Shown here in pieces: positions 32,683-45,683 of a stretch of DNA of 64,000 nt. The position numbers and the translations under genes are program-made. The stretch is from Cirrosporium novae-zelandiae (lineage: Eukaryota), in NCBI GenBank assembly GCA_026023565.1, contig JAPETS010000027.1, positions 62,001-126,000 on the forward strand, given 5' to 3'. Under the pieces are notes generated by a model, which saw nothing but the letters and a program-made list of their open reading frames with translations, ran no database searches and was not told where the DNA came from. The first letter of the stretch is position 1. Each line of letters opens with the position of its first letter.

Positions 32683-35600
32683 AAGTATTATCTCTTCTAT
32701 ATATGGAAAGGACGTCACTTATTCATGGTATAACTTAAGAGAAAAAGATGATGACCCCTGTCATAGGGACGTGTGAGTAGATAACCCCTCTTGCTCTCAT
32801 GGAGCCAAGCTGTTTTTTTTAGAAGGAGGAAAGAAAGACAGCTAAAAAAGACTCAACCCTTAATTCTGATTTCAAATACGACCTCTTCCAAGGGGCATGG
32901 ATTTGAAATTCTTTCCGCAAGCCCCTTCCTCTTTCTCATTGTCTTTCAAACGCCCATGAAATCACCTAGATCCCAAAAATCTTTATTATCACATATTATA
33001 TCTTCAAACTAACTTTTTTTTCTATAAATCTTTAGAACCAAGAATAGAAATAACAAACATTTATTCCCCACTATGATTGTGCAGATTTTTTCTTCTAGGC
33101 TATGGGAATCATAATATATATGAACGTCATATAATCAGCTTATAGAAATAGGGAATAGAATGTGTGTCAAGAGACATTCTTCCTCCTATCCAAAATAGGC
33201 CGTCCTGTCCTTGCCACACTACTATCAATGCTATCAATTGAATAAGTGACACAGATCCTTAAAAAGCGGATAGAAAATGGAAGAGATCGAGTGACCAACC
33301 AAAGGAACAAACCGCCATAAAACACAACTCATAGGCGAGATTATATACAAAACAACTAATCAACCATCACAGTGAAACTCCTCTTCCAATCCTAAAGCTA
33401 ACAAACTATGTTGGTGAAAGAATCAAAGCAAGATCAGCAAGGTCTTTCTGAAAGACCTTGTTGACTCTTTCATAAAGATCCAATGGATGACAAGGGACAC
33501 CGAAACCCATTCATCACAATCAGAAAAAAACCTCCACACCTATTTTTAGGGTACAAGGTGGACAGTATAGGGTCACAGTATCCAAAAAGTTTATTTTCTG
33601 GTTAGGAATCTTTTGTGGGCAAATCAGTTTATTCGCAGAAGATCGATTATCCAACATAGAGCTGGATGGATATAATGCGCGCCAATAAAATTTGGTTTAC
33701 TATCCAGAGTCCAGACATCTACCGGTGACTATATCTCATCAGCCAGCCAGCCAGCCAGCCAACTTATATTACATACAGGACTTTGTTGATAAGTTAAGCT
33801 AAGCTAAACCGCAAAAAAAACCCCGGTCCCTTCGATGATATCAAACAGAAGTATCATCCCACAGGTGCGACAAAAACTAAATAAACTGGGCTGGGCTGGG
33901 CTGGCTTCATCACCACCACCGAGTAGTACATAGCACAGCACAGCACAGCACAAGCATCTAGGAGGAGCCATAAGGAAAGAAATCCAAAAATGTAGAGAGG
34001 CCAGTGCATGGGGCGTGGGGCGTGGAACAGTTCATGCCATATTGTTGAACCAATCTATAGAGAATGGACATCCACCTACTACACAAAAAGCAAATCTAGG
34101 ACCATTGCGAACAGCAATACCAAGGAATCGGAAGTACATTCAAGTGTTTGTTAAGAATCACCGCCGGGGGTAGGAAGACCTACATGACTTAATCCTATCC
34201 GGTTCGCAGTGTGTTGCGTTGTGTCGTGTTGCGGAAGGAAGCTGATAGGGGAAGGGAAATAATAAAAAAGCCAAATAAATATATATATATTTCTAGGTAC
34301 CTACCCATAAGAGAAAGAGAAAAAAAAACAAAGACATAGTTAATTGGGCTTAACCTATTTTTATCCAGTACCAAAAAAACAGCACCGTGCGTGGGGATTT
34401 ACAGTACCTTTGGTAGATAGATGAGATGATGCGATAATAACAAAACAGGGGGAAGGGGGGTATAAGTATGTATGTATGTATGTATGTATATCTATAAACT
34501 TTTTTTCCATCATCATCATGGACAGAACTGATCTACTACAAAGATCCCATCCCATCCCATTGATAGCAATATCAAGCAGAACAAAAGGTTGTTTGTCGTT
34601 GTGCGTACGTACTAAAGGCCCATAGAATATACGGTTGAGGATACTTACTTGTATTACCTACTAGATATATCTTTCAGAATATAATATAATAGGTACAGCG
34701 AATCGAGAGAGCGAGCGGGGTTATGTCATGTCATCCCTGGAGTGTCCCCGGGGCGGAGCCGCTTAGGGATATGACATACGAACGAGAGGAGAGGAGAGGA
34801 TCACTGTTGGTTTTGGGGGTTTTTTTAATATTAGATTAATTAGGGAATTTGTGGAAGAGCAAGTACAGTATAAGTGTGTGTCAATAAGAGTTTACGTGAT
34901 TCACATTGTTTGAATAAGGGTCAGGTAAGTAGGTAAGTAGATAGGTAGGTAGTTTCGTGGTTAAATGGAAATAAACCAATCAATCAATCAATATAGTTAT
35001 ATAAGTCAACCAAATAATAATAATAAAAACATCTCCAATAAATAAATTAATAAATAAAACGTGTAACTTGGCCGTCTGTTCCTTTAAACCTGAAGTAAAA
35101 AAACCCTCGCCTGACTACTTAAATGGATAACCAACTTAAACAAAGAAGGAGAGAAAAAGTAAAGAGGGTTCGAATAGAAGTTTGTCTTGTTTTATCTTGT
35201 CTTGTTTGATGATTTATATCCCTTCTTTCTTCATAGGTAGGACGAACGAATAGTGTGGGAATGAGGGAGGGAGGAGGCGTAAATATACCATCATCATCAT
35301 CCGAACCGAAAAAAAAACTGTAGTGTAGAACCCGATTTATCCAATAGGTACCCAGGAAATCTATTATCCACCATCAGCTAAAACCCAGATCTTGATTTGT
35401 TGATTGATAAACTGCCTTTTATGAGACTTGTAACTAAAAAAAGAAAATATTGATTGCAACGTCTGTTCTTCGGAAAATAAAAGTGAACAACTACCAGTTT
35501 TTGCTTCGGTTGTTGTTTCGCACAGGACCTCTCTATTGAAGAAGTGAGAAAGAACACAGAATCAAAAATATAGAGCCATCAGACATCAAACACTACACAT

Positions 35601-36065
35601 ACATCAATACCGCCAATCCGGTTGTATCACCGAACAGACATGCAAAACTTCGAAAAAAAATAAGGGTTCCACAAAAATCCAGAAATAACATAGGATTTTG
35701 GTAGAAAAAAGGGAATTGTATACACAGGACTCCGTTACATGATCCGCAGCTTTGTCTTCTAGCCGCTTTGTAATATGAACCGTCTGGCAGCTCATTCAAT
35801 TCCCCCATTCTCCAACTCTCTTCCCATACCTCAGATAAGAAAAAGAAGAAATGAAGACTTCAAGCGCCGGGTGCGAAGGTCAAATTTAATGGCAGATGCG
35901 ATGGCTTCAATAAGCAAGCACAACCAACTGTTTCTAAAGTTCAACCAGCTCGAGGGACAGGGGTGCTCTTAGATGCCGGGGGAGCTCCACCGCTACCACT
36001 AGACCCCCGTCGTTCAGATCGTGAATGCCGTTCATCGGCAGAAGAACGTCGTCGACGTCTCTGGT

Positions 36066-38620
36066 TTATCGGAAACCATCATTAGAACTCTGAAACATTC
36101 AATCACTGAATGCGGAAAAACTATAAGAATATGATATGACAGAACTTGGGAATATGTGCCAACGCTTACAAGTTACAGGATTGGAAGTATGCTCACCGAT
36201 GATGTCCTGACCGGATGTTGTCTTCTATCCTTCCCTGCGCTCGCCTCATCCTGAATTCTGAGCGCATCCAATCGTTTCTGACTGTCTTGTGTTATACCAT
36301 CAACTTCGTCAACATGCGCAGGGGCAGTGGATGTTGCATTGGCGTTTTTGTTCCGTTGTGCTTGTTCAGCCAATTTATCCCATTTGTCTTGCCTTATCTG
36401 TTGTCGTTCCTCGAGACTATTCTGAGCTTCGTTATATTCATGAGAGCATTCGTCGAAGAGAGTGGGGTTGATCTCCATGAAGAGTTTCATCGCGTTGTAA
36501 ACCATGCCGTGGATAGTTCTGCATTTTTAGCCTAGAAATATCAGAGAGGTTATTCGGTACTCACCTATTCCAATGACCTTTTGAGTTTTCATATAGCGGT
36601 GCAAACATGATAGGAAGAATGACCTCGACATTATCGCTGACGAGGTTGCAGAAGTATTCATTATTCCAAAAATACAGGGCTCGTTCCGCCACCTATTGTC
36701 TAATTAGTATGATCAACCGGGATCATCCTATAAAGACCTACTTGGAAATGTGGGCTGGCAACGGATTTAGCCAACTGGTTGAAGAGTGGTTCCTGAACTT
36801 TTGCAAATTCCCCAGGATCCATAACCTCGAAAATATCTTCAATTTCATTAAGGAACATTACCTCCTTGGTGCTGTTAGTTTTTGGCCAATACCTTAACAG
36901 CCCTAGGACCACCTGAACCGGGTATTAGCAATATTCCAAAAGCTCCAGATCAAAGAATGTACCTCTTCCGTTAGCACCGCATCTTTCTCGAGGAATTGTA
37001 CAATGCAATAGGCCAACTGTGGATGGTACATAGCTAAGCTTTTCACCTTGTGCATTGGGAGAAGCACACGTGTGAGGAACAACTTGTGTTCCTCCTTCAA
37101 AGGTAGAGCAAAACCGTTGATGATGGATCCAAGAATTTCAAGTAGCTCTGCGATGCCATTGAATCGTTCCGTCTCGTAAGTGAACTGAAAGAAAACATTG
37201 TTGATTGATCGTCTGATATATGACCGTAGGTTTAGGAACTTGCCGTATATTCGATGCAGGGTCGTCTTAAGGAAATCTCGTTCTCGAGGATCTTCAGAGT
37301 CGAATAGTTCCAGAAGCTAAACAAGATCATTAGCAATATATTTAAGTCATCTCGAAATGATTGTATTTACCTGCAGCACAAATTTGTGATCGATATAGGC
37401 TTTCGCGGTATTCGTATTGAAGTCTGGACTTTCAATGAAGCGCAGGAAAAATTCATAGACAACCTGAATATGAGGCCATGCAACTTCCAGAACTGGCTCA
37501 TCCTCTTCCGGATCAAAGGCTTCCCCTTGTGGATTCACTGGAGGAGGGATGGGTCGGAACAGATTCTTGCTGAACATCTCAACTACCCGGGGGTACATGG
37601 GCTCCGTGATGACTTGCCGATTGTTTGCAACATAATCTAGCAGTTCATGAAGAGCTAACCTCTTGATTTCTTTTGATTTCATATCACCAGTGGCATCATT
37701 GAAGTCGAAGATAATATTGCATTGGTCAATCTTCTGCATGAATAAATCCTGGCGGCGGTTGGGGGGCACTTCATGGAATCCAGGAAGCTTTTCAAGTTCG
37801 CGCTGCCTTTGATCGGATATATCAAACCGCGAGGAATGTTGACGTCTTGGTGTTCTTATACCCTCAGGGACATCTTTCGGCGTTGTTTGTAGACGATCGA
37901 AAAGGAGCGATTTCTGACCAGCTTTCGGGGGCGCAAGATCATGAGGCATGGTTTCGGCGGCTCCTGGGGGTGGAATGTGCTGCGCCTATACATCAGCTTC
38001 GTACTCACTTCTATACTAAAAGGGCGAAGCAACAAAAAAAATTGAATGGAATTCAATTGAAGGCGGCTTGTAAATATGTATGGGATCTGCAAGACTCACC
38101 GGAGCACTTGGAGTAATAATTACGCTTGGCCCTAGTTGGGAGTTTTGCCTTTGCGGTGTATTAGGTCCATTGGTTACTGTTGTTGTAGGTGCGCCACCGG
38201 AAGTAGATTCTTGTTGCACAAAACCAGGGCCTCCAGCAGCGTTCGGGGTACCAGATGGATGGTGAACAGCTGGAGCTCGTTGAGAGGGGGGTTGACCATT
38301 ATCTCCACCAGGAAGAGGCTTGTTCCTCAAATCAGTTGAGCTATTGTTGTTATTGGCAGCGGTGCGTGCAGAATTGGCGGGAGATTGGGCACGGCCACTA
38401 TGAGAGGATGAGCCGTGGGGTGATGATGTACCCTCACGATCGTTCTTATTCTTCTTCGATGACTTATTTGAGTCTTTCGCTCTGGATAACTGCTCGTGCT
38501 GGGGATGTCAGTGAATGACCACACAGGCTTCATGGCTCAGCTCATAGCATGAGGCCTATTCAGGAAGCCATTGGGGTAATTAAGGTTTCTTACAACTCTC
38601 TGCCTGAAACCCTTCATCAT
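36066..38620 (-). CDS. RTS1: PP2A regulatory subunit B' (B56)
   Basis: MKGFRQRV start, [64 protein letters not shown] and SPHFQVAERAL. At least 6 GT-AG introns traced; the last exon and stop are uncertain. Confidence 0.95.
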
Positions 38621-39553
38621 GAGAACTATTCACACACACGCTCACTTCAGCATTCAGCGCCAACGAGGCTCTGCCTGCTGATACGATCAATGGATGAAAT
38701 TGAAGGTTGCGGGCGCAGATTGACTGAGACTCGAATGTTTTTTTTGAAGAACGTGTTTGACCGCCAGTTGCAAAGCTGTCGATGATATAGAAGACGAGGG
38801 AGATGCTTTATAAGGAAGATAGGAGGATTAAAGATCGTATTTGGTGTTGGTAGGTAGATTTCGATCGGTCATGGTATGTAGAGTTATGGCAAACGGGTTA
38901 TTACCGAGTTGGGGATTGAGGAGAGTCTTCGGGGGGTAAAGAGCCGCAGTTCAGTAGTTAGGTCGTCTCAGGTTTAAATTGTATAATAGTAGCAACAGAT
39001 AGGCATGGACAACAGAATCATTTGTCTTTTAGAAGAAAAGCAAGTCGTGTGGGTTACTTTTTTTTTTTTTTTTCGTGGGGTCAAGGAAGCTGTGTTTGTG
39101 ATGAATGTTGACCTAAGGGAGTAATAGCTGTTGGAAGTTGCGGGGGTTTTGGGGGGTTTTGTTGCATCTCCAAACTTCTTCTTCTTCTTTAGTACCTTTA
39201 GCAACCTTAGCACGCGTCGAAATGAAATGAAATGAATTCGACCTTTTTTTCTCTCTTCTTCTTTCCTTAACAACCACAGACACGAACTCGAACTCGAACT
39301 TCAACTTCTACCTCCTGACTTTGGCCATCTCCAATCTCCAAAGGGTAATTACATACTACTTATAGACACCGTTCCATTTTTCTGATACAATTCATTTTAC
39401 CTTTACTTTATTTATACCTTGGGTTATTTAATATCATCGTCATCATCATCATCTAATGATGAAACTTTCATCAAAATATATAGCAACATCATTCAGCTAA
39501 AAACCCATTGGGCTACCCTTTGCATTCTCTACATACTACACTCTATAAATAAT

Positions 39554-41588
39554 ATGGACTCCAATACCAATCCTTTTGTCGCAAAGTCATCTTTGCCCCG
39601 CCAGAATATTCAAGAAGCCCCATGGCTCCCAGTACCCTCGAAGTCCATTGTGAGTGTAGAACATCCATGCATCATCAAGAATGTTGATAAAGGTATACAA
39701 ACTTTGGGCGGCAGTTCCAAACTAGCCCAGGTGAGTTTACTTCATTTCCCCCTCTTTCAAGCCACTAATTCATGAACGTTAGACTATCCGGGCGGAAGGC
39801 AAGAATATTCCTCTAAACCTTTACCTTCATCCAGGTGATCGTACAAGCAAACCCATCCTAGGAACCAACATCAAATCCAATTCTGTTCTCCTGAAGATTA
39901 CCGTTCCCAAACGAACAGGAAGGAAGCGAAAGCGTGGCTCCTCTGAACCCTTTTCTGCATGTCCCCAGGACGAGACGAGTACAAATGGAACATCCATAGG
40001 ATCTAGGACTGATTTGCCATTTGAATTACATGACTTGAAGATAGGTCCTACCGCTAGAGCAGGAAGCAATCTCGATAAAGATGCTAAATATCTACTCCGA
40101 AGTATTCGTGACAACAAGGATAAATACCATATGGAAGCTGTTGGAACAGTATCGCAAACACATAGATTTAGAGATATACCTGATTTCATCTATTCTACCG
40201 CTAACAGCCCTTTCATGCGTCAAATCAAGGAGAAGATTCTTCCTTGTGATTATTCTAAACTGAAAGAATGGATTCTCGATCCTAGCAAAGGTCCCAAACC
40301 TCAAATAGATTTAATACCACCACCATCTCTCAGCCATGTTACAGTCCCTTTTAACTATGGCTACCACCAGAACCCCTCTGTCAAGCATACCCTTGACAGC
40401 GCCGGTAGACTTATAACAATCAACACACAAGCACCCATGAAAATCCGCACACAACAGATCACTAGTCGTGTGGAAATGGTACCTACTTCTCCACCACAGG
40501 AATGCGCCCCCATCGAGGTGCTTGAACCTGGTCTTCAAGACACCATCTCCAACCTCCGCCCTCTGCTTGATCGACGTCCCATCTGGACACGCCGCGCACT
40601 TTTAAACACCCTTGCCAATGTCCTCAAAGAAGAGCCAAACTACATGTATTTCCGCCAGGCCATTCAATATGTGGGTTATATCTTTCGCTCCGGCCCGTGG
40701 CGTGACGTGATAGTTAGGTTTGGGGTCGATCCCCGAAAAGACCCTCAATACCGCATTTATCAAACAATAATGTTTCAGGTCGACCCCAAAAAAGGCGCCG
40801 ACAACGATTCTACTGGACCAAATAATGCTAAAAAGTGGGAAGACGGCCGTCGGCGCATTCGCGGAGAACCAAAGCATACTAATGGGCATATCTTCGACGG
40901 CCAGACCGTTGATGTCAATGGCCGTACTTGGCAAGTATGTGATGTCATAGAGCCTATTCTATCCAAGGTTATCTCGGTAGACCAAATCCGCACCACCTGT
41001 GACCTCACTAACGATGGCTGGTTCCTAAATGGGACGTGGGCCAAATTTCGTACTATCATGAAAGCACAGATCACTCGCCTGATGGACCTCACGACTCCGA
41101 TTTATTTAAACGGGCGTACTGTTCCTAATGGTACCTACGGCATATATTCTTTCTCGACTGCAACAACCGAAATCGATGATGCTGATTTGATGTTGAACAA
41201 TGCCATTGTTAAGATTGCAAATCTACCAGAAGAGATCACAAGTGCGGCTGATGCGAGTGAAAGAGGGAAGTTCTTTTTAGGTCCTGGGCAAACAAAGCTG
41301 GAGCAGTCACTTGCATCCGAGGTAAGAAGGTTGGCGGTGGAGAGTTTTAAGAGGGGGGACGGAATGAGGGGATCAGTGCGTGTGGCAGACGAGGATGGAG
41401 GTGGAGAAGGGGATAGAGATCTGGATGATTTAGTCGAAGATGAGGAAGACTCGGGAGAAACTGCGACTGCAACCGAAGTTGAAGGAGAGCCGCAACAGGT
41501 GGATGGACGGGTTAAGGAATTGATGCAGGAACTGGAGCAGATTCTTGATATTCCTCAAGATCCGAATCCAGGTACGAGTAAAACGTAG
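39554..41588 (+). CDS. TFC1: TFIIIC subunit tau95 (Tfc1/Sfc1)
   Basis: SVEHPCIIKNVDKGIQTLGG, THRFRDIPDF, RPIWTRR, YIFRSGPWRD and FGVDPR. Intron 39731-39782; acidic C-terminus. Confidence 0.9.
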
Positions 41589-43650
41589 AAAACTAAGATT
41601 GTCCTTAAACAGGTGAAGATTGAGAACCCCTAACCAGATGAGATTTCATGTGGCTCATGGTAGTAAAAACTACAATAACAATGACTAATGATTGAATGAA
41701 AGTTTATGTCATTTTTACAGATCCCCCTACTTATTATTTTTATCAGGATCCGAAAACAACGTTTTATAGCCTACCCTAGGTATCTAATAACTACTGGCTA
41801 GCTCTATTATTATCGCCACCCAAACAACTACTTTGAATAGCACCTGTTTATCCATACGTAAGGCCTATTTCCTTTGTGGATGATGGCGAGGTTGTTGAGC
41901 AGCACACTGGAATTTTAATGTCACGTCCGTACGAGGCCTGTTTCTCGTTTAACTGGGAGCACTCGCATTCCTTCGACAGCCTCCTAACTGGGGAAACACC
42001 TTCCTTCCACTCCTGCTAGACAACTCGTAGAGAGCCGTTGAACATGCAGGCTGCTGCACCTGCAGAATATTCTCTTTGGAGACAGCTGACGAGCTACCCT
42101 CACCGAGCCAGGTAGAGACAATCTTAAATGGCATTTGAGAAGCAAAAACTCCTCAAGCGGTTGCTGAAGGCACCAATCCAATGATCCATTCTAGCGAAAG
42201 ACTCGAGATTTGCTCTCTATAATTACGGTCATCGGGTAGCTGCAGGATGCATTCGGAGGAGCCTCCTGGGCAAAATCTGCGTGAGCAACTATCGGGGTAT
42301 TGCGGGGTTTGTGATAGCAGCTGATACCCAAGTAATGCTTCTCTTGAATCCAAGGAGAAGCGCTCAGATTATCTAGGAATATTTACTAGACCATTGGTTC
42401 CTCCAACACATTCAACTCGGAAAAATGTACCTCTCTAGCAAACGTGTCAATTCTACGAGCACCTCGCACTTCAAGACATCCTCCACTACCACCCAGGCTT
42501 TATTGCCTCCAAAGGGCATCGGCGACTCCCTTCCAGCTTGTTGGGCCTACCGCTATTTAAACTTCTCAGCCTTTAACATACGGAGCCCAACTCGCATCTC
42601 GCGACCAAGAAGCTCCTCCCAAGGTTCGCCTCGAGAAAAGCCATTCAGTTAAGAAAACGAACATGGAAATGCCCCACGTGAGCGCCACCATGCATAACGA
42701 CCGTTTCATCAGCATAAATCAGTCGGAAGCCGCATTCGGCCATGTCCGCAGTGATACAGCATCAAGAGGTGCATGCATCATGTACTGCTGATGATAATTT
42801 TTTTCTTCTGTCGGTTCTGTTATAATGGTAGCTGCTTAGATGGAAATTGTCATGAGAGCAACATGGGTTATCGTTGTTTGGACAAGAGATGTACCCGTTG
42901 ATATGGGAGATCTGGGGGAATTGATAGTCGGCTCGATAGAATGGAGATTATAGATATTTTCTTTATCGGGTTGGGCTCTAGTTTGAAGAAGAAGAGTAGA
43001 GTATCTAAATAAATTATTTATCCGGACTGGTATGTAGTAGCAAATCAGATTTCGGGAGAGGCTCATTGGCTAGAAACAATAGTGCATTATGCATTCTAGA
43101 AACCATTTTTATGCTGTTCCTTTTATGAAATTGAGTTTTTGGCAGTTGAAAGTAATGTTGGAATTACCTTGAGTTTAATCGCCGGTCTTGGAACTTTAAG
43201 TGTCACCAATGCCTGAGGCTATATAATAGTCACGTGAGTCGGATATTTCTTAAACGGATTAGGGTCATTGTTCCGGATAATTCTATTTGCCTCGAAAAAT
43301 AATAGAATCATCTTGCGCTACACGTTCATTGTGCATTGATTGTTAACCCTTTATTCTAGGAGACAATTGTAGCTAGTTTCCTATTGAACAATCATCAATG
43401 GCACATTCACAATGCCCTTTGTCATCTTTCTCTGATCCCTTATTCCAAGCATTTATTCTTTCATCGGCGACATGCCATCGTGATATCTTCTTTGTTCATC
43501 GCTCACCCTGAGTATTGTTTCTTCCATCAGAGTTCTTTCATAGTTTCCAAGCATAAGTGTTATAAAAGCCATAGCAATGCTTCGAGGTAATGCCTCTTCG
43601 ATCCCAAACAACAAACACCACCAGCTAGAAAAATACCAGATACAGCAATC

Positions 43651-44643
43651 ATGGCTTTCCCAGTTTTAGAAGCTCTTCGCGCCAGGAGCAAAGAAGTAGC
43701 ACAGAGACATGTGAATAATGGAGAGGCTGATTGTTTTGAAGACCTAGCTCTCCTAGGATTCAATCTGAAGAATTCCGACATTGATTGCCCACCTGCTAAC
43801 TTACAGTCTTCAGACTTGGATAATGATGTCCATCCCCTCTTCTACCTCAAAAACTTCGACGGGCTCGACCCAGATGAGTACTTGACCCTGCTTCCAGCGC
43901 TACGCCTAGCAAGTAAGTTGCTCACAGCTCAGAGGACCTTTAAATTCTTGAACAGAATGATTTTTGCTGACCGTGTTAGACTCCGCGGTAGCAAGAAGGC
44001 CTACAGGATTTTCAAAAATCCCGAAATAACCCCCGAGAACCAAGAAGGCATCGAAGACTTCATCGCCATCATGGCAAAGTGTGTTACCTTTTATTTTTCC
44101 GACCTGAAGTCGCGTTCGCATGATGGTTCAAGGGTACTCGGTTTAACCCAACTTCGGTTCGGTAGAAACCCCGACGTCACGCTGGACATAGAATACCTGA
44201 AGTTTATCATGACGAATCTCTATTCCTACAACGACACCGACACTGCTCGTGTCCTCCGCTTCCAGTTCGACTTCGCCGTCACCATTGTCCACGAATTCAT
44301 CCACGTTCTCGAGTTCACCCTAGGGGAAGGCGCCAAATTCTACTTTGACGACCGTGAAGAGGAGGAATGCGGCGAGGAGTGGACAGCCGCGGTGTTTGGA
44401 GGCCGTATTTCTAATATTAACGAGCTTTGTGGTGAACTTGGATTGGCCGTCGACGGGGGTGATGAGTTCTACCTCATTCCAATGTCGTACATATCGGATA
44501 TTCAACGGCCTGGGTGGTGGACGATGGTCGAGGCCGACCTGGTGAGTCTCGAAATTCCACTGGTAGGTCCAACTGCGGAGATTGCTGTTCAAGTGCTAAC
44601 TGAAGAAGGTTGGCCCATGAAGTCCAGATTACCGCCAAAATAA
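43651..44643 (+). CDS. Hypothetical protein with HExxH zincin-like motif, 330 aa
   Basis: Intronless ORF containing FAVTIVHEFIH..FYFDD..ECGEEW..VFGG; no signal peptide. Confidence 0.7.
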   Translation: MAFPVLEALRARSKEVAQRHVNNGEADCFEDLALLGFNLKNSDIDCPPANLQSSDLDNDVHPLFYLKNFDGLDPDEYLTLLPALRLASKLLTAQRTFKFLNRMIFADRVRLRGSKKAYRIFKNPEITPENQEGIEDFIAIMAKCVTFYFSDLKSRSHDGSRVLGLTQLRFGRNPDVTLDIEYLKFIMTNLYSYNDTDTARVLRFQFDFAVTIVHEFIHVLEFTLGEGAKFYFDDREEEECGEEWTAAVFGGRISNINELCGELGLAVDGGDEFYLIPMSYISDIQRPGWWTMVEADLVSLEIPLVGPTAEIAVQVLTEEGWPMKSRLPPK

Positions 44644-45683
44644 ATACATAGGTAAGTTAATCTTCTATATACATATTTTTTCCCCCCACTAAAATTTCAA
44701 TCCTGTACTATCTATCCATTCTCATATTCTTGTACTCACATACATTAAAGAGCCAACTGTAATCCCCATCCCCATTATTATTATTACATACTTTCTTCAC
44801 CCCCATTGTATGTATCAACCCAGTCGTAGGAGCTAACCATAACTAAACAATATCAAAACATCCATTAAAAACCACGCGAAAAAAAAAAAAAAAAAGCACA
44901 AGGAAGAAATATATGTAACCATTGACATACCCTCCCCCCTTCCCTTAATACCACACTATACCATACCCACACCATATATCATATCTCATATCTCATATCT
45001 CATAAACACATCCCAGTAAAATGGTTAATTCATTCACTATATATACTTATACTAAGCCTAACTATGTTTTTGTTTGTTAGTGTCATTTGTGTACATATAG
45101 GGTAAAATAAGATGATTAGTAATCAATTAATCTTGGTAATCAAGAATGGGAATAGTTATTTATGCATCCATAACAATAATTTATGTTGATGAAATTATAT
45201 CTTTCACAGGGCAGGGTCATTATTCTTTTAGAAAGCAAAGCTGAATTGGTAATTAGTCAAAATCAGCAAATCAGAGCCTTATGAAATGGGCTCTAATTAT
45301 CTATTAGATTTCTCAATTAATTAGTGATCATTAGCCACGTGGAACGAACCGCTCCACCTAATTTAGATTTCGTTAATTATGCCTCAGGCACTAAACACAA
45401 TTTCCACCCGGTTTCATCTTTACAAAAACTGTGGTACGTGTAAATTAATGGTAATCTTCACTTTCCACAACCCCCCCCCTTCTCGTTTTCTATAACTAGT
45501 GAAGCTTGTTGTCTATTCTCCAGTGGTTCCTTCCTAATTTGCTTTTCACCATCCCATAAGTCCCAGCAGTATCAATAATAATAACAATAGCAAAGGTGTT
45601 TTAACACCAGGCCGCAAAATCTACATTTTAAAAGGACGTAAGAATATGCCCTCGTTAGACGAAGTTTCGTGATATCAACTTTC

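Noticed and set aside
30900..35900. Long ORF-poor interval as a possible telomerase RNA locus
   Set aside because: I found no TAACCCTAA-type template on either strand by eye. The region is explained by relics and microsatellites.
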